Below are positions 18,350-28,402 of a stretch of DNA of 64,000 nucleotides, in pieces; position 1 is the stretch's first letter, and each line of letters begins with the position of its first letter. The stretch lies in the IMG/VR virus record IMGVR_UViG_3300025789_000018. The stretch is one strand, 5' to 3'. The DNA comes from a virus (Duplodnaviria; Caudoviricetes). A model generated the notes under the pieces. That model did no database searches. It was not told the DNA's origin and worked only from the letters and a program-made list of their open reading frames with translations. Made by a program: the position numbers and the translations under genes.

Positions 18350-18865
18350 TTATGCGATAGCTAGTTTCTTATTGATTTTGTTGAACGCTTTCTGTTGTTT
18401 GAAAGCCTGTTCTTTGTGGATCAAACTAGCGCGATTGATATGAACAATGCCGTTTAGATGATCTAGTTCATGTTGAAACACACGAGCAGTTAGACCTTCA
18501 AACTTTTCTGTTCTCGTTTCGCCGTTAGGCATAGTAAAGCGAACTTTGATCACAGCTGGACGCTTGATCTTTACCGATAGCCCAGGATGACTTAAGCAGC
18601 CTTCTAACATATACACTTGCTCGGCGGAAGAGTCAACGATTTTTGGGTTGAAACATGCAAGAATCTGTTCGCCATTGATGACAAATGCACGATAGGGCAG
18701 ACCGACCTGATTCGCAGCAAGCCCCAAGCCTTTGTTCTCAATCATAGTCTCAGCTAGATCACGAGCCAACTGAATAGGATCAGTAGGTGGATTGCTGAAA
18801 TCAAAATATTCAAGTTCTGTTTTGAGAATAAGATCGTTCTTATCTACAAGAGGTAGAATAGCCAT
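18350..18865 (-). CDS. def: peptide deformylase
   Basis: GLGLAANQVG, EGCLS, QHELDH - the three PDF motifs. Confidence 0.95.
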   Translation of the reverse strand: MAILPLVDKNDLILKTELEYFDFSNPPTDPIQLARDLAETMIENKGLGLAANQVGLPYRAFVINGEQILACFNPKIVDSSAEQVYMLEGCLSHPGLSVKIKRPAVIKVRFTMPNGETRTEKFEGLTARVFQHELDHLNGIVHINRASLIHKEQAFKQQKAFNKINKKLAIA

Positions 18866-19242
18866 CAGTTTACTCCTAGGATTGGCTTAAGATTTGGTCG
18901 AACATAGTTTGGTCCTTTGATGATCTTGCCATCTTCGCGATGAACAGGCTTACCATCTTCACCAAGCTTGGTCATGTTACTATTGTGTACTTCTGCTAGA
19001 CAAGCATCTAGATCAATGCCAAAAGCAACACCAGCACCGTAGGTGACATATAGAATGTCAGTCAGCGCGTCTGCTACTTCTACCAAGTTCTTGTCCTTGA
19101 TCGCATCCTTAAGTTCCTGAAACTCTTCGCGAATCAGTTCTACGCGAAGTTTAATAACGTCTTTTGCAGGAAACCCTGGAGTATCTGGAGCATCTTGACC
19201 AAATACTGTAGTGAACTCTTTTACTTTTTCAAAGTTAGTCAT
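18865..19242 (-). CDS. MazG-like/all-alpha NTP pyrophosphohydrolase
   Basis: [36 protein letters not shown]. Confidence 0.85.
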   Translation of the reverse strand: MTNFEKVKEFTTVFGQDAPDTPGFPAKDVIKLRVELIREEFQELKDAIKDKNLVEVADALTDILYVTYGAGVAFGIDLDACLAEVHNSNMTKLGEDGKPVHREDGKIIKGPNYVRPNLKPILGVN

Positions 19243-19335
19243 GCTATTCCTCACATTAAAATTTATATAAATATATTGTGGTTCACGATATTACCAGTAT
19301 CCAACCACTCTAGTCCTCGTACAAGGAGTCCAGCC

Positions 19336-19914
19336 ATGAATACTTATTACGTCTATGCATATATCAGAAAATCTGATAACACACCATACTACATAGGTAA
19401 AGGGAAATCAAGAAGAATGTACGAAAAACATTCTGTTTCTATTCCCAAAGATAAATCCAAAATAGTTTTTCTAGAAACAAATCTTTCAGAGATTGGGGCA
19501 TTCGCATTAGAACGTCGATATATTAGATGGTATGGCAGAAAAGATTTAGGAACAGGCATTCTTCGCAATAGAACGGACGGAGGAGAAGGATGTTCCGGAA
19601 GAATTATGAGCGAAGAACACAAAATCAAAGTCTCTATAACTGGCAAGAAAAATAAAGGCAAAAAACATTCTGCCGAAACTATAGAAAAAAGAGCAGCGAA
19701 ACTAAGAGGCATTCCGCAAAGTTTAGAATTAGTAAGAAAACGAACAGGGCCCAGGATAGGCACAAAGGTGTCCGACGAAAGCAAACTAAAAAACTCGATA
19801 TCAAACAAAAATAGACCTAAAGAGTTATGTCCACATTGTTTAATAATTGCGTCTAAGGGTAATATTCTTAGATGGCACTTGGATAAATGTAAACAAGCTA
19901 CTCGACAACCATAA
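19336..19914 (+). mobile_element. GIY-YIG homing endonuclease with NUMOD3-like repeats, antisense downstream of gp46
   Basis: [37 protein letters not shown]; own TATAAATA at 19266. Confidence 0.87.
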
Positions 19915-21619
19915 CACTGAAATTTCTCTTCTTCTCAAAACGAATGATGTTAGTGAATTTGTCCATCAGTGATGCTCCCTTATGTGAAATGATGAACACA
20001 TTGGTGTCAGCCGTTACGCTGCTTAGAATCTTGAAGAACTCATCTGTACCACTAGTATCCAAAGAACTATCAAAAACCTCGTCCATAATCAAAAGATTTG
20101 TGCTGACGCTGTTACGAAGTTTTGCCACTGCTCTCCATGTAAACAAAATAGCTAAATCCAGGCGCATCTTTTCGCCTTCAGAGAATGACGCATAAGAGAA
20201 CTCATCACGAAACCGCGACTTAATCTTTTCATCAAAACTTTCATCAAGTTCAAACTGGACAAAGAAGTCCATTGCCGCAAGATACTTGTTGATTAGCTTG
20301 TTCATGACAGGAACATATTGCTTGATGATCTTGGTCTTGATACCACCATCTTTCAGCAGAACAGCAGCAGTACCCAACAAAGAACGATTTTCGGTTAGTT
20401 CTTCAATAAGTGTGTGAACGTCTTTCAGTTCTTTCTTGGCTTTGTTTAGATCAACAGCATCCGTCTCTACCTTAGTCTGCTTATTACGAAGTGCTTCAAT
20501 CTCTTTCTGCAACTCGCTGTTATACTTCTGGTACATACGAATCTTGTTGTTGCGGTCTGTTATCTCTGCATTATATTCTGAGATTTGATTGCTAATATCA
20601 ACAATCTCTTTCATTCGTGTATTGATCTTCGCCTGTTCTTCTGATAGTTTAGTTAAGGCTGTGTCTAACTCTTCTGCACTGGCAATCTTTGTGTTTAGAT
20701 TTTCTTCCTTGAAAACAGGATCAATGTCTTGTGTACAAGTCGGGCAGTGATCGTGAGTATGCAGAAACTTGATATGCTTGTTATGATCGGTCAGTTTGAA
20801 CTTCAACTCAGAGTGAAGCGTGGTGACCTTGTTCAATCTATCCGTAATAGATTGCTCATCGCCAATATTGAGTTTCAAATCGTCAATCTGTTCGGAGATT
20901 TTGTCAATCTCGGCATTTGCAGTCTCGATCAGAGTTTTATGTTCGTAAATCTTGCCGTGCTTGATGTCGATCAAGTCTTCATTGTTTTGCCGAAGTGATT
21001 CGATATGCTTCTTATTCAAATCAATCTTTTGTTCACAAAGAGCCAGTTGTGTGTTGGCATCCTTTAGTGCATCTTTGTTGTCTTGAATACGTGTCTTCAG
21101 TAGATTGTTCATCGTTGAGAAAATCTGGATATCCAGAAGGTCTTCAATGAAGTCACGTCTAGCTTGTGCTGGCAACTGCATGAAAGGAACAAAGGTAGAA
21201 GCACCGAGCGTGATGATCTGTGAGAATGACTTATGAGACAGCTTCAGGATATTCTTCTCCAGAACGTCCTGATAGTCACCAGACTTGGCTTCTTGATTCA
21301 GTAGAGAACCATCAACAAAGATTTCAAAGACGTTTGGCTTGATGCCACGTCGAACCAGATACTCTTTCTTACCAATAGCGAACTCGATTTCAACAAGCAA
21401 GTTCTTGCCGTTGATCGCATTCAAGAGTTGTGGCTTATTGATCTTGCGAAAGGGTTTACCATAAAGAGCAAACGAAATCGCTTCGATAAAGGTGGACTTA
21501 CCAGCGCCATTTTCACCGACAATCAGAGTTGATGCGGCTTCATTTAGTTTGACTTCTGTAAAGGTATTGCCCGTTGAAAGCAGGTTCCTCCAACGTACTA
21601 CTTTGAATAGAATCATCAT
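19898..21619 (-). CDS. gp46: recombination ATPase (SbcC/Rad50-like)
   Basis: [13 protein letters not shown] zinc hook, FSEGEKMR signature, LIMDEVFD. Confidence 0.95.
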   Translation of the reverse strand: MMILFKVVRWRNLLSTGNTFTEVKLNEAASTLIVGENGAGKSTFIEAISFALYGKPFRKINKPQLLNAINGKNLLVEIEFAIGKKEYLVRRGIKPNVFEIFVDGSLLNQEAKSGDYQDVLEKNILKLSHKSFSQIITLGASTFVPFMQLPAQARRDFIEDLLDIQIFSTMNNLLKTRIQDNKDALKDANTQLALCEQKIDLNKKHIESLRQNNEDLIDIKHGKIYEHKTLIETANAEIDKISEQIDDLKLNIGDEQSITDRLNKVTTLHSELKFKLTDHNKHIKFLHTHDHCPTCTQDIDPVFKEENLNTKIASAEELDTALTKLSEEQAKINTRMKEIVDISNQISEYNAEITDRNNKIRMYQKYNSELQKEIEALRNKQTKVETDAVDLNKAKKELKDVHTLIEELTENRSLLGTAAVLLKDGGIKTKIIKQYVPVMNKLINKYLAAMDFFVQFELDESFDEKIKSRFRDEFSYASFSEGEKMRLDLAILFTWRAVAKLRNSVSTNLLIMDEVFDSSLDTSGTDEFFKILSSVTADTNVFIISHKGASLMDKFTNIIRFEKKRNFSVMVVE

Positions 21620-21625
21620 TATACC

Positions 21626-21880
21626 TTAGTTTAGATTTATCTTAGGCGGTTCAACAAAGATATATCCCACATCTTTCAAATACTCGATTTGATCATTTGT
21701 TGCTTTGATTGCTGGATAAACTGCCGATCTTTCATAGCTATGATTGAAAGCCCATAGTTGATATATCTCTGCACCACATTTCAATGCATGGAAGCAAAAC
21801 TCACCCAAACTTTTTTTTGAAAGATTGATGCGTTTGCCGTCATGCTCATGGATGTGATATGAGTTTTTATCTTTATGCAT
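21626..21880 (-). CDS. hypothetical protein (84 aa)
   Basis: Fills the gap between gp47 and gp46. Confidence 0.6.
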   Translation of the reverse strand: MHKDKNSYHIHEHDGKRINLSKKSLGEFCFHALKCGAEIYQLWAFNHSYERSAVYPAIKATNDQIEYLKDVGYIFVEPPKINLN

Positions 21881-21886
21881 ATTACC

Positions 21887-22948
21887 TCAATCGATGCTCA
21901 TGGCTTCATCATACAAGGAACGTATCAGATTGTCAAGAGATTTCTTGTCCACATCCAGTTCAAGATTGTCTGTGTATTTCCGCAAAATAGTCAATGTGTC
22001 TTCTGCTTCATCCACAATATCTTCATCGGTTTCAAGGTTGAGATTCAAGTTATCATCAACAACCTGGATGTTTGCTGGGCTAGATTTCTCCATCGTATCA
22101 ATGAACATATCAAACCAATAGGGATTGTTCTTGTTCTTGACGATCACTTTTACGTATGTGTTTCTGTATGGGCTATAGTCAATGTCTGTAAAGTCTGTCA
22201 GTTTTGCATTCGAATCATCATAGACAAACTTGTAGAACATGCGGAATGGATTCTCCACAAAGGTCGCTGTGCGCGTTTCTGTATCAAAGATATGGAAACC
22301 CTTAGGATCGTTATAATCGCTCCAAGTCATCTCATATGGGCAACCAAAGTATGTTATATTGCCTTTAGTTGAGCGGTGATGAAAGTGACCAGAGCCAACA
22401 AAGTCAAACTTCTGAAAGACGCTGGAATCCATACCTTCATGACCAGTATCACCTTTGTACATGGAGAAACCACCAAGTTCTAGGTGACCAAATGCAACCT
22501 GTGCATCAGTCGATTTAATCAGATCCATTGTTTGCTTCTGATTGTCTTCGCAGATCCAAGGAAGCAGCAGCGTCTTCATGCTGCCTAGTTCAATCTCCGC
22601 GGGTTTGGAGATGACTTTGATGTTGTCATAGTCTGATAGCAGAAGGTCTAGAGCATTCATCTCCAGAGTGTTCTTGTAGGGGATTACATGGTTTCCAACT
22701 AGCGTAATCAGAGACATATTATTATCACGGATCTTATCAAACCAGTATGAACGAGCGCGTGACAATGTATAGAAACTAATGTACTTCCGACGGTCTAATG
22801 TATCACCAGTGTCTAGAATAAGATTGATGTCGTGTTCCTTGAGGTATGGAAAGAAGAACTCAGAATAGAAGTTCTCCATCATGTCATGGAACACAACACT
22901 GTCACCGCGTACACCAAAATGCTGATCGGTAATAATAGCAAACTTCAT
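21887..22948 (-). CDS. gp47: recombination nuclease (SbcD/Mre11-like)
   Basis: ITDQHFG, TGDTLD, LVGNH, FGHLE, SGHFHH. Confidence 0.95.
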   Translation of the reverse strand: MKFAIITDQHFGVRGDSVVFHDMMENFYSEFFFPYLKEHDINLILDTGDTLDRRKYISFYTLSRARSYWFDKIRDNNMSLITLVGNHVIPYKNTLEMNALDLLLSDYDNIKVISKPAEIELGSMKTLLLPWICEDNQKQTMDLIKSTDAQVAFGHLELGGFSMYKGDTGHEGMDSSVFQKFDFVGSGHFHHRSTKGNITYFGCPYEMTWSDYNDPKGFHIFDTETRTATFVENPFRMFYKFVYDDSNAKLTDFTDIDYSPYRNTYVKVIVKNKNNPYWFDMFIDTMEKSSPANIQVVDDNLNLNLETDEDIVDEAEDTLTILRKYTDNLELDVDKKSLDNLIRSLYDEAMSID

Positions 22949-22951
22949 GTA

Positions 22952-23131
22952 TTACTTTCCATCATCTAGATATGTCGATAGCGCATGTTCATGACCAACA
23001 AACCAAGCTGCTTTCAACCAAGCCCTAAGTTTGTTGTAGTCTTTTTGATCTAGCATCGAAAAATCATCATCCAATCTATCTTCACGAATAGAGAAGCATT
23101 CAGCTTCATTTAACCAATGTTCAAATGTCAT
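22952..23131 (-). CDS. small hypothetical protein (59 aa)
   Basis: Not in track. MTFEHWLNEAECFSIREDRL...AWLKAAWFVGHEHALSTYLDDGK. Confidence 0.6.
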   Translation of the reverse strand: MTFEHWLNEAECFSIREDRLDDDFSMLDQKDYNKLRAWLKAAWFVGHEHALSTYLDDGK

Positions 23132-23135
23132 ACAC

Positions 23136-23207
23136 TCACTTCCACATATTTATGATTGTACCTATAGCAAACATTACACTACCCGCAAGATAAAACCAGT
23201 TTGCCAT
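23136..23207 (-). CDS. hydrophobic micropeptide (23 aa)
   Basis: MANWFYLAGSVMFAIGTIINMWK; fills the gap exactly between 23209 and 23131. Confidence 0.4.
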   Translation of the reverse strand: MANWFYLAGSVMFAIGTIINMWK

Positions 23208-23208
23208 C

Positions 23209-23424
23209 TTATACAATCTTTCGTTTCTTTGGCTTTGCCAACTCTTCTTGTGCTTGTTTCTTGTCATAGAACTTTACCGCATCATCGCAGTAGTCTCTGA
23301 TATTCATCAAGGTGCGCTTGTAGTTGTCACGAATATAAACATTGTTCGTTGGATCAAACAGGTTCTTCACAACGGCTTCTACGCCTGCGGGAATGTTATT
23401 TTTGTCTGTCTTCATCTTAGTCAC
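23209..23424 (-). CDS. hypothetical protein (71 aa)
   Basis: Coupled to the gp55 stop. Confidence 0.7.
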   Translation of the reverse strand: MTKMKTDKNNIPAGVEAVVKNLFDPTNNVYIRDNYKRTLMNIRDYCDDAVKFYDKKQAQEELAKPKKRKIV

Positions 23425-23986
23425 TTTCTATGAACTTGTCAATACCTTTTTTCACCTTTGGCTTTTTCTCTGCGGTCTCAGCTTTACGTTCTGCTATTTT
23501 CTTTTCATAATCAGACACAAAGCTGGTCATGTTATCAGTGTTGTTCATTTCTGTAGAGTTAGGATTATCCGAATCTCCATACTCTGTAGCAGCACCGACT
23601 AACACCGCATTCTCAAAGGCTTTATACTTAATGTACGTTTGCTTCTTCTCTTTCTGAATACGAAGGACGTAGGCATTATATATGATACGAGTAAAGTATG
23701 CGAAGGGATTGTTCGACTTGTCTGGATTGAAGTTGTGCATGTAGCTGATGCAGTTTTCAATGCCATCTGAAATCATTTCTTCTTTATAAGAATAGTTGAC
23801 AAAGTTACCCTTGGTGGCTAGCTTAGTTGCGATCTTGAAGATACATACACCAATATACTCAGGGATTCTTGGTGCTGGTAACCCTGCTTCTAGCGCATCT
23901 TGCTTTTTCTTACGATAATCAATCAGTGCATTGTAGAATGATTTGTTGTCAACATAATGCCTGCTGGTATCTTTAGGTCGTGCCAT
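23417..23986 (-). CDS. gp55: late-transcription sigma factor
   Basis: HYVDNKSF, YIGVCIFKIA, YSYKEEMISDGIENC, NPFAYFTRI. Confidence 0.95.
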   Translation of the reverse strand: MARPKDTSRHYVDNKSFYNALIDYRKKKQDALEAGLPAPRIPEYIGVCIFKIATKLATKGNFVNYSYKEEMISDGIENCISYMHNFNPDKSNNPFAYFTRIIYNAYVLRIQKEKKQTYIKYKAFENAVLVGAATEYGDSDNPNSTEMNNTDNMTSFVSDYEKKIAERKAETAEKKPKVKKGIDKFIESD

Positions 23987-24044
23987 AATATATTCCTTTT
24001 TCTCTTGACTTTTTCCACAGCTTGTATATAATAAGCAATGTGCT

Positions 24045-24398
24045 TTAATGAATACTAGAACTTAGTGGTATTAGAGATTGATCATCATCTTCAGATTGAT
24101 ATCTCATTGATACATTCTTCTCATAGAATGTAACTACTTCTTGCTCTAGATTAGATACGAATATAACATGTTTCTTATCTAAAGTAAAGAGAATATTGAC
24201 ATCATCGAAAGGATTCAATGAGGTAAGATAAGCTTGAAACTTACCAGTGTCTTCTTCGTAATAGCGATTCGCGACCATTGGATACTCAACAACATATCCA
24301 GTTTCAGTCTCAGTATCGAACCTAGACATTACCAACTCTCCTGTTACCAACTTTAATAGAATGTGTGTTGGAACAGGTTCTTTAGATGTCGATGTCAT
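24045..24398 (-). CDS. conserved hypothetical protein
   Basis: LLKLVTGELVM pattern; start moved to ATG 24398, which overlaps the end of the uvsW C-fragment. Confidence 0.65.
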   Translation of the reverse strand: MTSTSKEPVPTHILLKLVTGELVMSRFDTETETGYVVEYPMVANRYYEEDTGKFQAYLTSLNPFDDVNILFTLDKKHVIFVSNLEQEVVTFYEKNVSMRYQSEDDDQSLIPLSSSIH

Positions 24399-24706
24399 AA
24401 ATCTTGAAAGCAAACTCTTCTTCTTCATAAATCTTCTTTCTCTCTTTGAGATGTTGCATAGTATAGTTCTGTTTGGACTTCCATGAAAGGTCATCTGCTA
24501 TATCAAAAAGAGTAACAGAATCTTTTATGTTTGACTTTCTTAACCCTCGACCAATAGACTGAAGTGTTTTGATCTTGGACTTGCCTGGTGATGCAAAGAT
24601 GATATTGTGAATGTTCTTGATGTTAACACCCGTGGAGAAACGTACCAGAACTGGCTACGATAATCGCGCCATGTTCAACCTCCTGTCCCACTTTATTTGG
24701 TTTCAT
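24382..24706 (-). CDS. uvsW: UvsW helicase C-terminal fragment (motifs V-VI), contains an apparent +1 frameshift
   Basis: Not in track. MKPNKVGQEVEHGAIIVASSGT then, in the +1 frame, FSTGVNIKNIHNIIFASPGKSKIKTLQSIGRGLRK...LFDIADD. Length is 325 nt (3n+1). Confidence 0.8.
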
Positions 24707-25364
24707 TTTTCTTATTCTTTCTTCTCTCTAGCATCATTGCTTTGAATGCAGGATCTTTCCAACGCTCTTTTAGTTTGCTACCGTCAGAACCTCTTTTTGG
24801 TCTATTTTTCATTTTTTCTAGATATTCAGGATCTTTCCATTTTTCTTTCAACTTATAGCTAGCGTCTTGTCTCTTATCTATATCACCATTCACTTCCGAC
24901 ATGGTTGTGACAAATCTACTATAAAAAACTTCGTCTGAGTATCGGTTTTTCATATATTCTGTGTGTTGCTTATGTCTCTCTTCCGACCAACTCATATTCT
25001 GCACTCTAACGTTATATTCTTCTGGTGTTAGATTCTTCCATTGTTCTCTAAAAAATACACTAAGATTTTTGCTGTGCAATCTTTTGATCCATCCATACTC
25101 TTTATTACACAAACGTCTATCACTATTATGATACATTAGCATTGTTGTCGCATATATCAGCTTAGGATTATTTGGGTGCATTTTTATCAAAAGCTGATGG
25201 GCAACATAGTGTTCTTCTGGTGTTAGCTTCACAAGATTGCTGGAATCATCAGTGCCACCTAAACATTTAGGAACAATGTGGTGTTTTTCATAATAATCAT
25301 CTACATTGATGCATCTAGTCTTTCCACGTTGTACTAACTCTCCGTAGATTCTCGTGTAGTCCAT
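24693..25364 (-). mobile_element. HNH homing endonuclease (MobE-like) inserted in uvsW
   Basis: YEKHHIVPKCLGGTDDSSNLVKLTPEEHYVAHQLL; TATAAGTA at 25399-25406. Confidence 0.9.
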
Positions 25365-26692
25365 ATAACTTTGCCTATCAATGTTGACGCCTGTATATTA
25401 CTTATACATTTACTGGTGTCAACATCATCATTTTCTGTAATGTTGTCAATTTTTTTCGTTGTACCATCCATTAGAGGTACGTTTTGGCCATCTTTTATTT
25501 TGAGAATGAAGTCATCAAAGTGTAATGATATCACGGTGTTTGTCTGTGTCTCTACCAGTTTACGTATTTCTTCGCGAACGTCACCGTCAACACCGCCATA
25601 GATGAAATGTATAGGTCTATCGCCAGCAGCATCATTGATTGCTTTATACAAGTCTTTGCCGTGCTTCTCCACGTATTGAAAAAGAAGTAGAGTATTACCT
25701 TTTAGAGATAGAGCAAGGTTCTTAACAAACTTGTTACGTGCTTGATTGCCAACAATGAAATCCATTTCCTGTTTGTAGTCATTGTCTTTGTTGACTTTAC
25801 GAACTTCTTCTGCGTACTTTAAGACAAGTATCTTAATCTTCAGTTCGGCCAAATGCTTCTGTTCTATTAGATCAGCCGTTGATGCAACACGCTTTGCTGT
25901 ACCAAATAGCCCTTCTAGTACCAGCTTATTCGTTTCAATGCCGTCTAGTGTACCAGTGAAACCAAACCGATGTTTGCAGTTGACAAGATTGTCCATGATT
26001 GCAGTAAGAGATTTAGCTTTGAAAAGATGACATTCATCACCCATTACCACATCATACTGTGAGAACCAAGACTTTGGTTGCTTATAGATTGACTGCCATG
26101 TTGAAATAGTAAACATAGCATTAGTCTTCTTATCAGCACCAGCAGTGATCTTGTGTACTAGTTCATCATAGCCATAAGACTTAAAATCATCTGCTAACTG
26201 ATGAACCAAAGAAATAGTTGGTACAATGATTAGAGTTTTTTTAGCGTAATACTGTGCGATCATATAAATGATCAATGACTTACCAGAAGCGGTAGGAGAC
26301 AGTAGGAGCGATCTTGTCTTACGTACTGCATGTGCCAGTGCAGCTAACTGGTAATCGCGTGGTGCGAACGGGAGGTTTAAGGATTGAGCAAAATCTTCAG
26401 CTTCCCTTAGTGAAAATGGTGTTTCGTTAAACTCATCACTAAACTGGACATCATATCCACGATTACGAGCGAATGCTAGAACGTTTTGAAACAATCCTGC
26501 ATAGACGGTCTTTGTCATCACATTGAACAAACGAATCTTGCCGTCCCATAGTCTTTGTCTGACTAGAGGATGAAACTTGGCATTTGGTACCATGAACGTA
26601 AAGTATTCTGACAACTCCATAGCTAGACCGCTTTCACAGTCTACTCTGATGTGTACCTCGTTTACCTTTGTGATGTATAATGTGTCTGTCAT
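25334..26692 (-). CDS. uvsW: UvsW SF2 helicase N-terminal fragment
   Basis: WDGKIRLF, SPTASGKS, GDECHLFKAKSL, GFTGTL; helicase similarity ends near REEIRKLVE. Confidence 0.92.
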   Translation of the reverse strand: MTDTLYITKVNEVHIRVDCESGLAMELSEYFTFMVPNAKFHPLVRQRLWDGKIRLFNVMTKTVYAGLFQNVLAFARNRGYDVQFSDEFNETPFSLREAEDFAQSLNLPFAPRDYQLAALAHAVRKTRSLLLSPTASGKSLIIYMIAQYYAKKTLIIVPTISLVHQLADDFKSYGYDELVHKITAGADKKTNAMFTISTWQSIYKQPKSWFSQYDVVMGDECHLFKAKSLTAIMDNLVNCKHRFGFTGTLDGIETNKLVLEGLFGTAKRVASTADLIEQKHLAELKIKILVLKYAEEVRKVNKDNDYKQEMDFIVGNQARNKFVKNLALSLKGNTLLLFQYVEKHGKDLYKAINDAAGDRPIHFIYGGVDGDVREEIRKLVETQTNTVISLHFDDFILKIKDGQNVPLMDGTTKKIDNITENDDVDTSKCISNIQASTLIGKVIWTTRESTES

Positions 26693-27126
26693 TAGTTTCC
26701 GTTTTTAAATCTCTGCCACTCAATATAGTTGCGAACTATGAACCCACGCTCTGTGACGTTCTTGATGATCGACTCAAGCAATGCGGTCTTTTCTTTTTGA
26801 TATGAAATCTTAAGTGTTAAGTTGATAATGTCTTGATCTGAATCGATATGCATCGGAATATCAGACTTAAGAATGGCGCGAGGATTTGGTTTCCATCCAC
26901 TTTCTTCCAGTGTTTCTCGGTCTAGTGTACCCATGAAGTATTCAAACTTCAGGTGATACAACTGCTTATAATCTGCTTCTAACTTCCGAAGCTGTAGTCG
27001 TTCGTTTGAGAATACCTTGTAGTATTTATGATGTAGTTTTGGGATATTTACTGCAACCTGATCAATCGCAGTGGTATCAATCTCTGAGTCTTCTGCCCAG
27101 AGGTCATAGATTTCTTCAAGCTTCAT
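26692..27126 (-). CDS. uvsY: recombination mediator
   Basis: W..DSEID, IPKLHHKYY; canonical position next to uvsW. Confidence 0.85.
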   Translation of the reverse strand: MKLEEIYDLWAEDSEIDTTAIDQVAVNIPKLHHKYYKVFSNERLQLRKLEADYKQLYHLKFEYFMGTLDRETLEESGWKPNPRAILKSDIPMHIDSDQDIINLTLKISYQKEKTALLESIIKNVTERGFIVRNYIEWQRFKNGN

Positions 27127-27137
27127 GAATATAAACC

Positions 27138-27656
27138 TCAAGTTAAGCGGGTGTATGTGTACTCGCGATATGAAAACTCTGCTGTAGCCGTAACGTAGTT
27201 TACATCAGTTTCAGTGGAATCAAATCTGAAACCCGACAGTGAAATGGGGTTGACATCACTAAATGTGATCTTAAGATTTGGATTCATTGTACCATTCAAT
27301 ACAATCAAGTCCGCGTCTACCAGAACACCGAAACCGTTTGGTTGTGCATTCAATGCTGCATACTGATTGAAACTCTCTGGAGTACCAATACCAGTCATCC
27401 AGTCATAGATTTCAAAGTAGTTGTACATGTCTTCATCGATCTTGAATGTCAACGAGAATGTATCAAACGTCAATGGAGTACCTGGCAACTGCATCTTACC
27501 GAAAGGTGTCTGTTGATTTCTGCTAGTGCTTAGACTGATGCGAGGAAAATCAAAGCTTTGGGCAAAGTAGTCAACATTTGGATTCTTGGTGAGATTAAAC
27601 TTATAACCAAGCGGGCTGAGAAAGTCGATTGATACAGGTTGAGTTGGATTTGTCAT
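27138..27656 (-). CDS. gp3: tail completion/tube terminator protein
   Basis: FLSPLGYKF, FKIDEDMYNY.EIYDW, PISLSGFRF, ATAEFSY. Confidence 0.8.
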   Translation of the reverse strand: MTNPTQPVSIDFLSPLGYKFNLTKNPNVDYFAQSFDFPRISLSTSRNQQTPFGKMQLPGTPLTFDTFSLTFKIDEDMYNYFEIYDWMTGIGTPESFNQYAALNAQPNGFGVLVDADLIVLNGTMNPNLKITFSDVNPISLSGFRFDSTETDVNYVTATAEFSYREYTYTRLT

Positions 27657-28276
27657 AAAACATCTTTCTTTTTGTATGGACCTCGTTTGATTCCAGTTCG
27701 CGCTAATCCGCTTTTTCTTCCTGCTTCATTCATCAATTCTTTTGGTCTAGATTTTTGTGCGATAGACTGTTTTTCTTTCCAAACATCACCTCTATTTCTT
27801 GCATTTTCCCTAAACGCGCATAGAGTAGCTTCCGAATACACTCCAGTTTTTCCTTTATTCCAGGGCTCTTTACCAAGTAGGATTTTAGATTTATTATCTT
27901 TCCATTCCTGAGTACGCTCGTATTTGCCCATTTTTGCGCTATTAGATTTAGGCTTCCTCATCTTCTGCCTGGTCTCTTCGGTGTGTTGCCATCCTGATAT
28001 TCTGCCGGCGCTTATATTCTCTACGATCAGATTGGCCCATTCTTTAGATTCTACTATATTATTATCTTCGGAAAACTTGATTGCAAAATCTCTAGCTTCT
28101 TCCTCGTCATAAAACGAGAACAACTCTAACGTTTCTTGTTTAGAATTGTGTTTTTTTAGATGATCTTTCCAGTAGATTCCAGAACCCGTATATGATATGG
28201 GATCGGATCCCATTGTTTTACCGAAATATCTCAGTTCGCAGTGTGTGCATTTTTTCACATAAAGATGTATTGCCAT
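27653..28276 (-). mobile_element. GIY-YIG homing endonuclease (CxxC subtype)
   Basis: IHLYVKKCTHCELRYFGKT, YTGSGIYW, WANLIVEN, HTEETRQKM; TATAAATA at 28304. Confidence 0.85.
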
Positions 28277-28345
28277 GCTGTTACCTATCTGTTTTTACTT
28301 CACTATTTATATCAGATTCACCGTCAAATGTCTAGAGTTTTATGC

Positions 28346-28373
28346 TTGACATTTTATGCGAATCGTGTAATAT
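28346..28373 (+). promoter_or_regulatory. sigma70-type early promoter TTGACA-N8-GAATC-N3-TAATAT
   Basis: ttgaca ttttatgc gaatc gtg taatat, upstream of the GAAAGGA SD of 28403. Confidence 0.85.
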
Positions 28374-28402
28374 GATGATATAGACAGTGAAAGGACAAGA
28401 CA

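Noticed and set aside
24382-25560. Group I intron interrupting uvsW
   Set aside because: Only ~20 nt separate the HNH stop from resumed helicase sequence, the upstream segment is an open coding-like frame, no P7-type core is recognisable, and the C-part has its own in-frame ATG.
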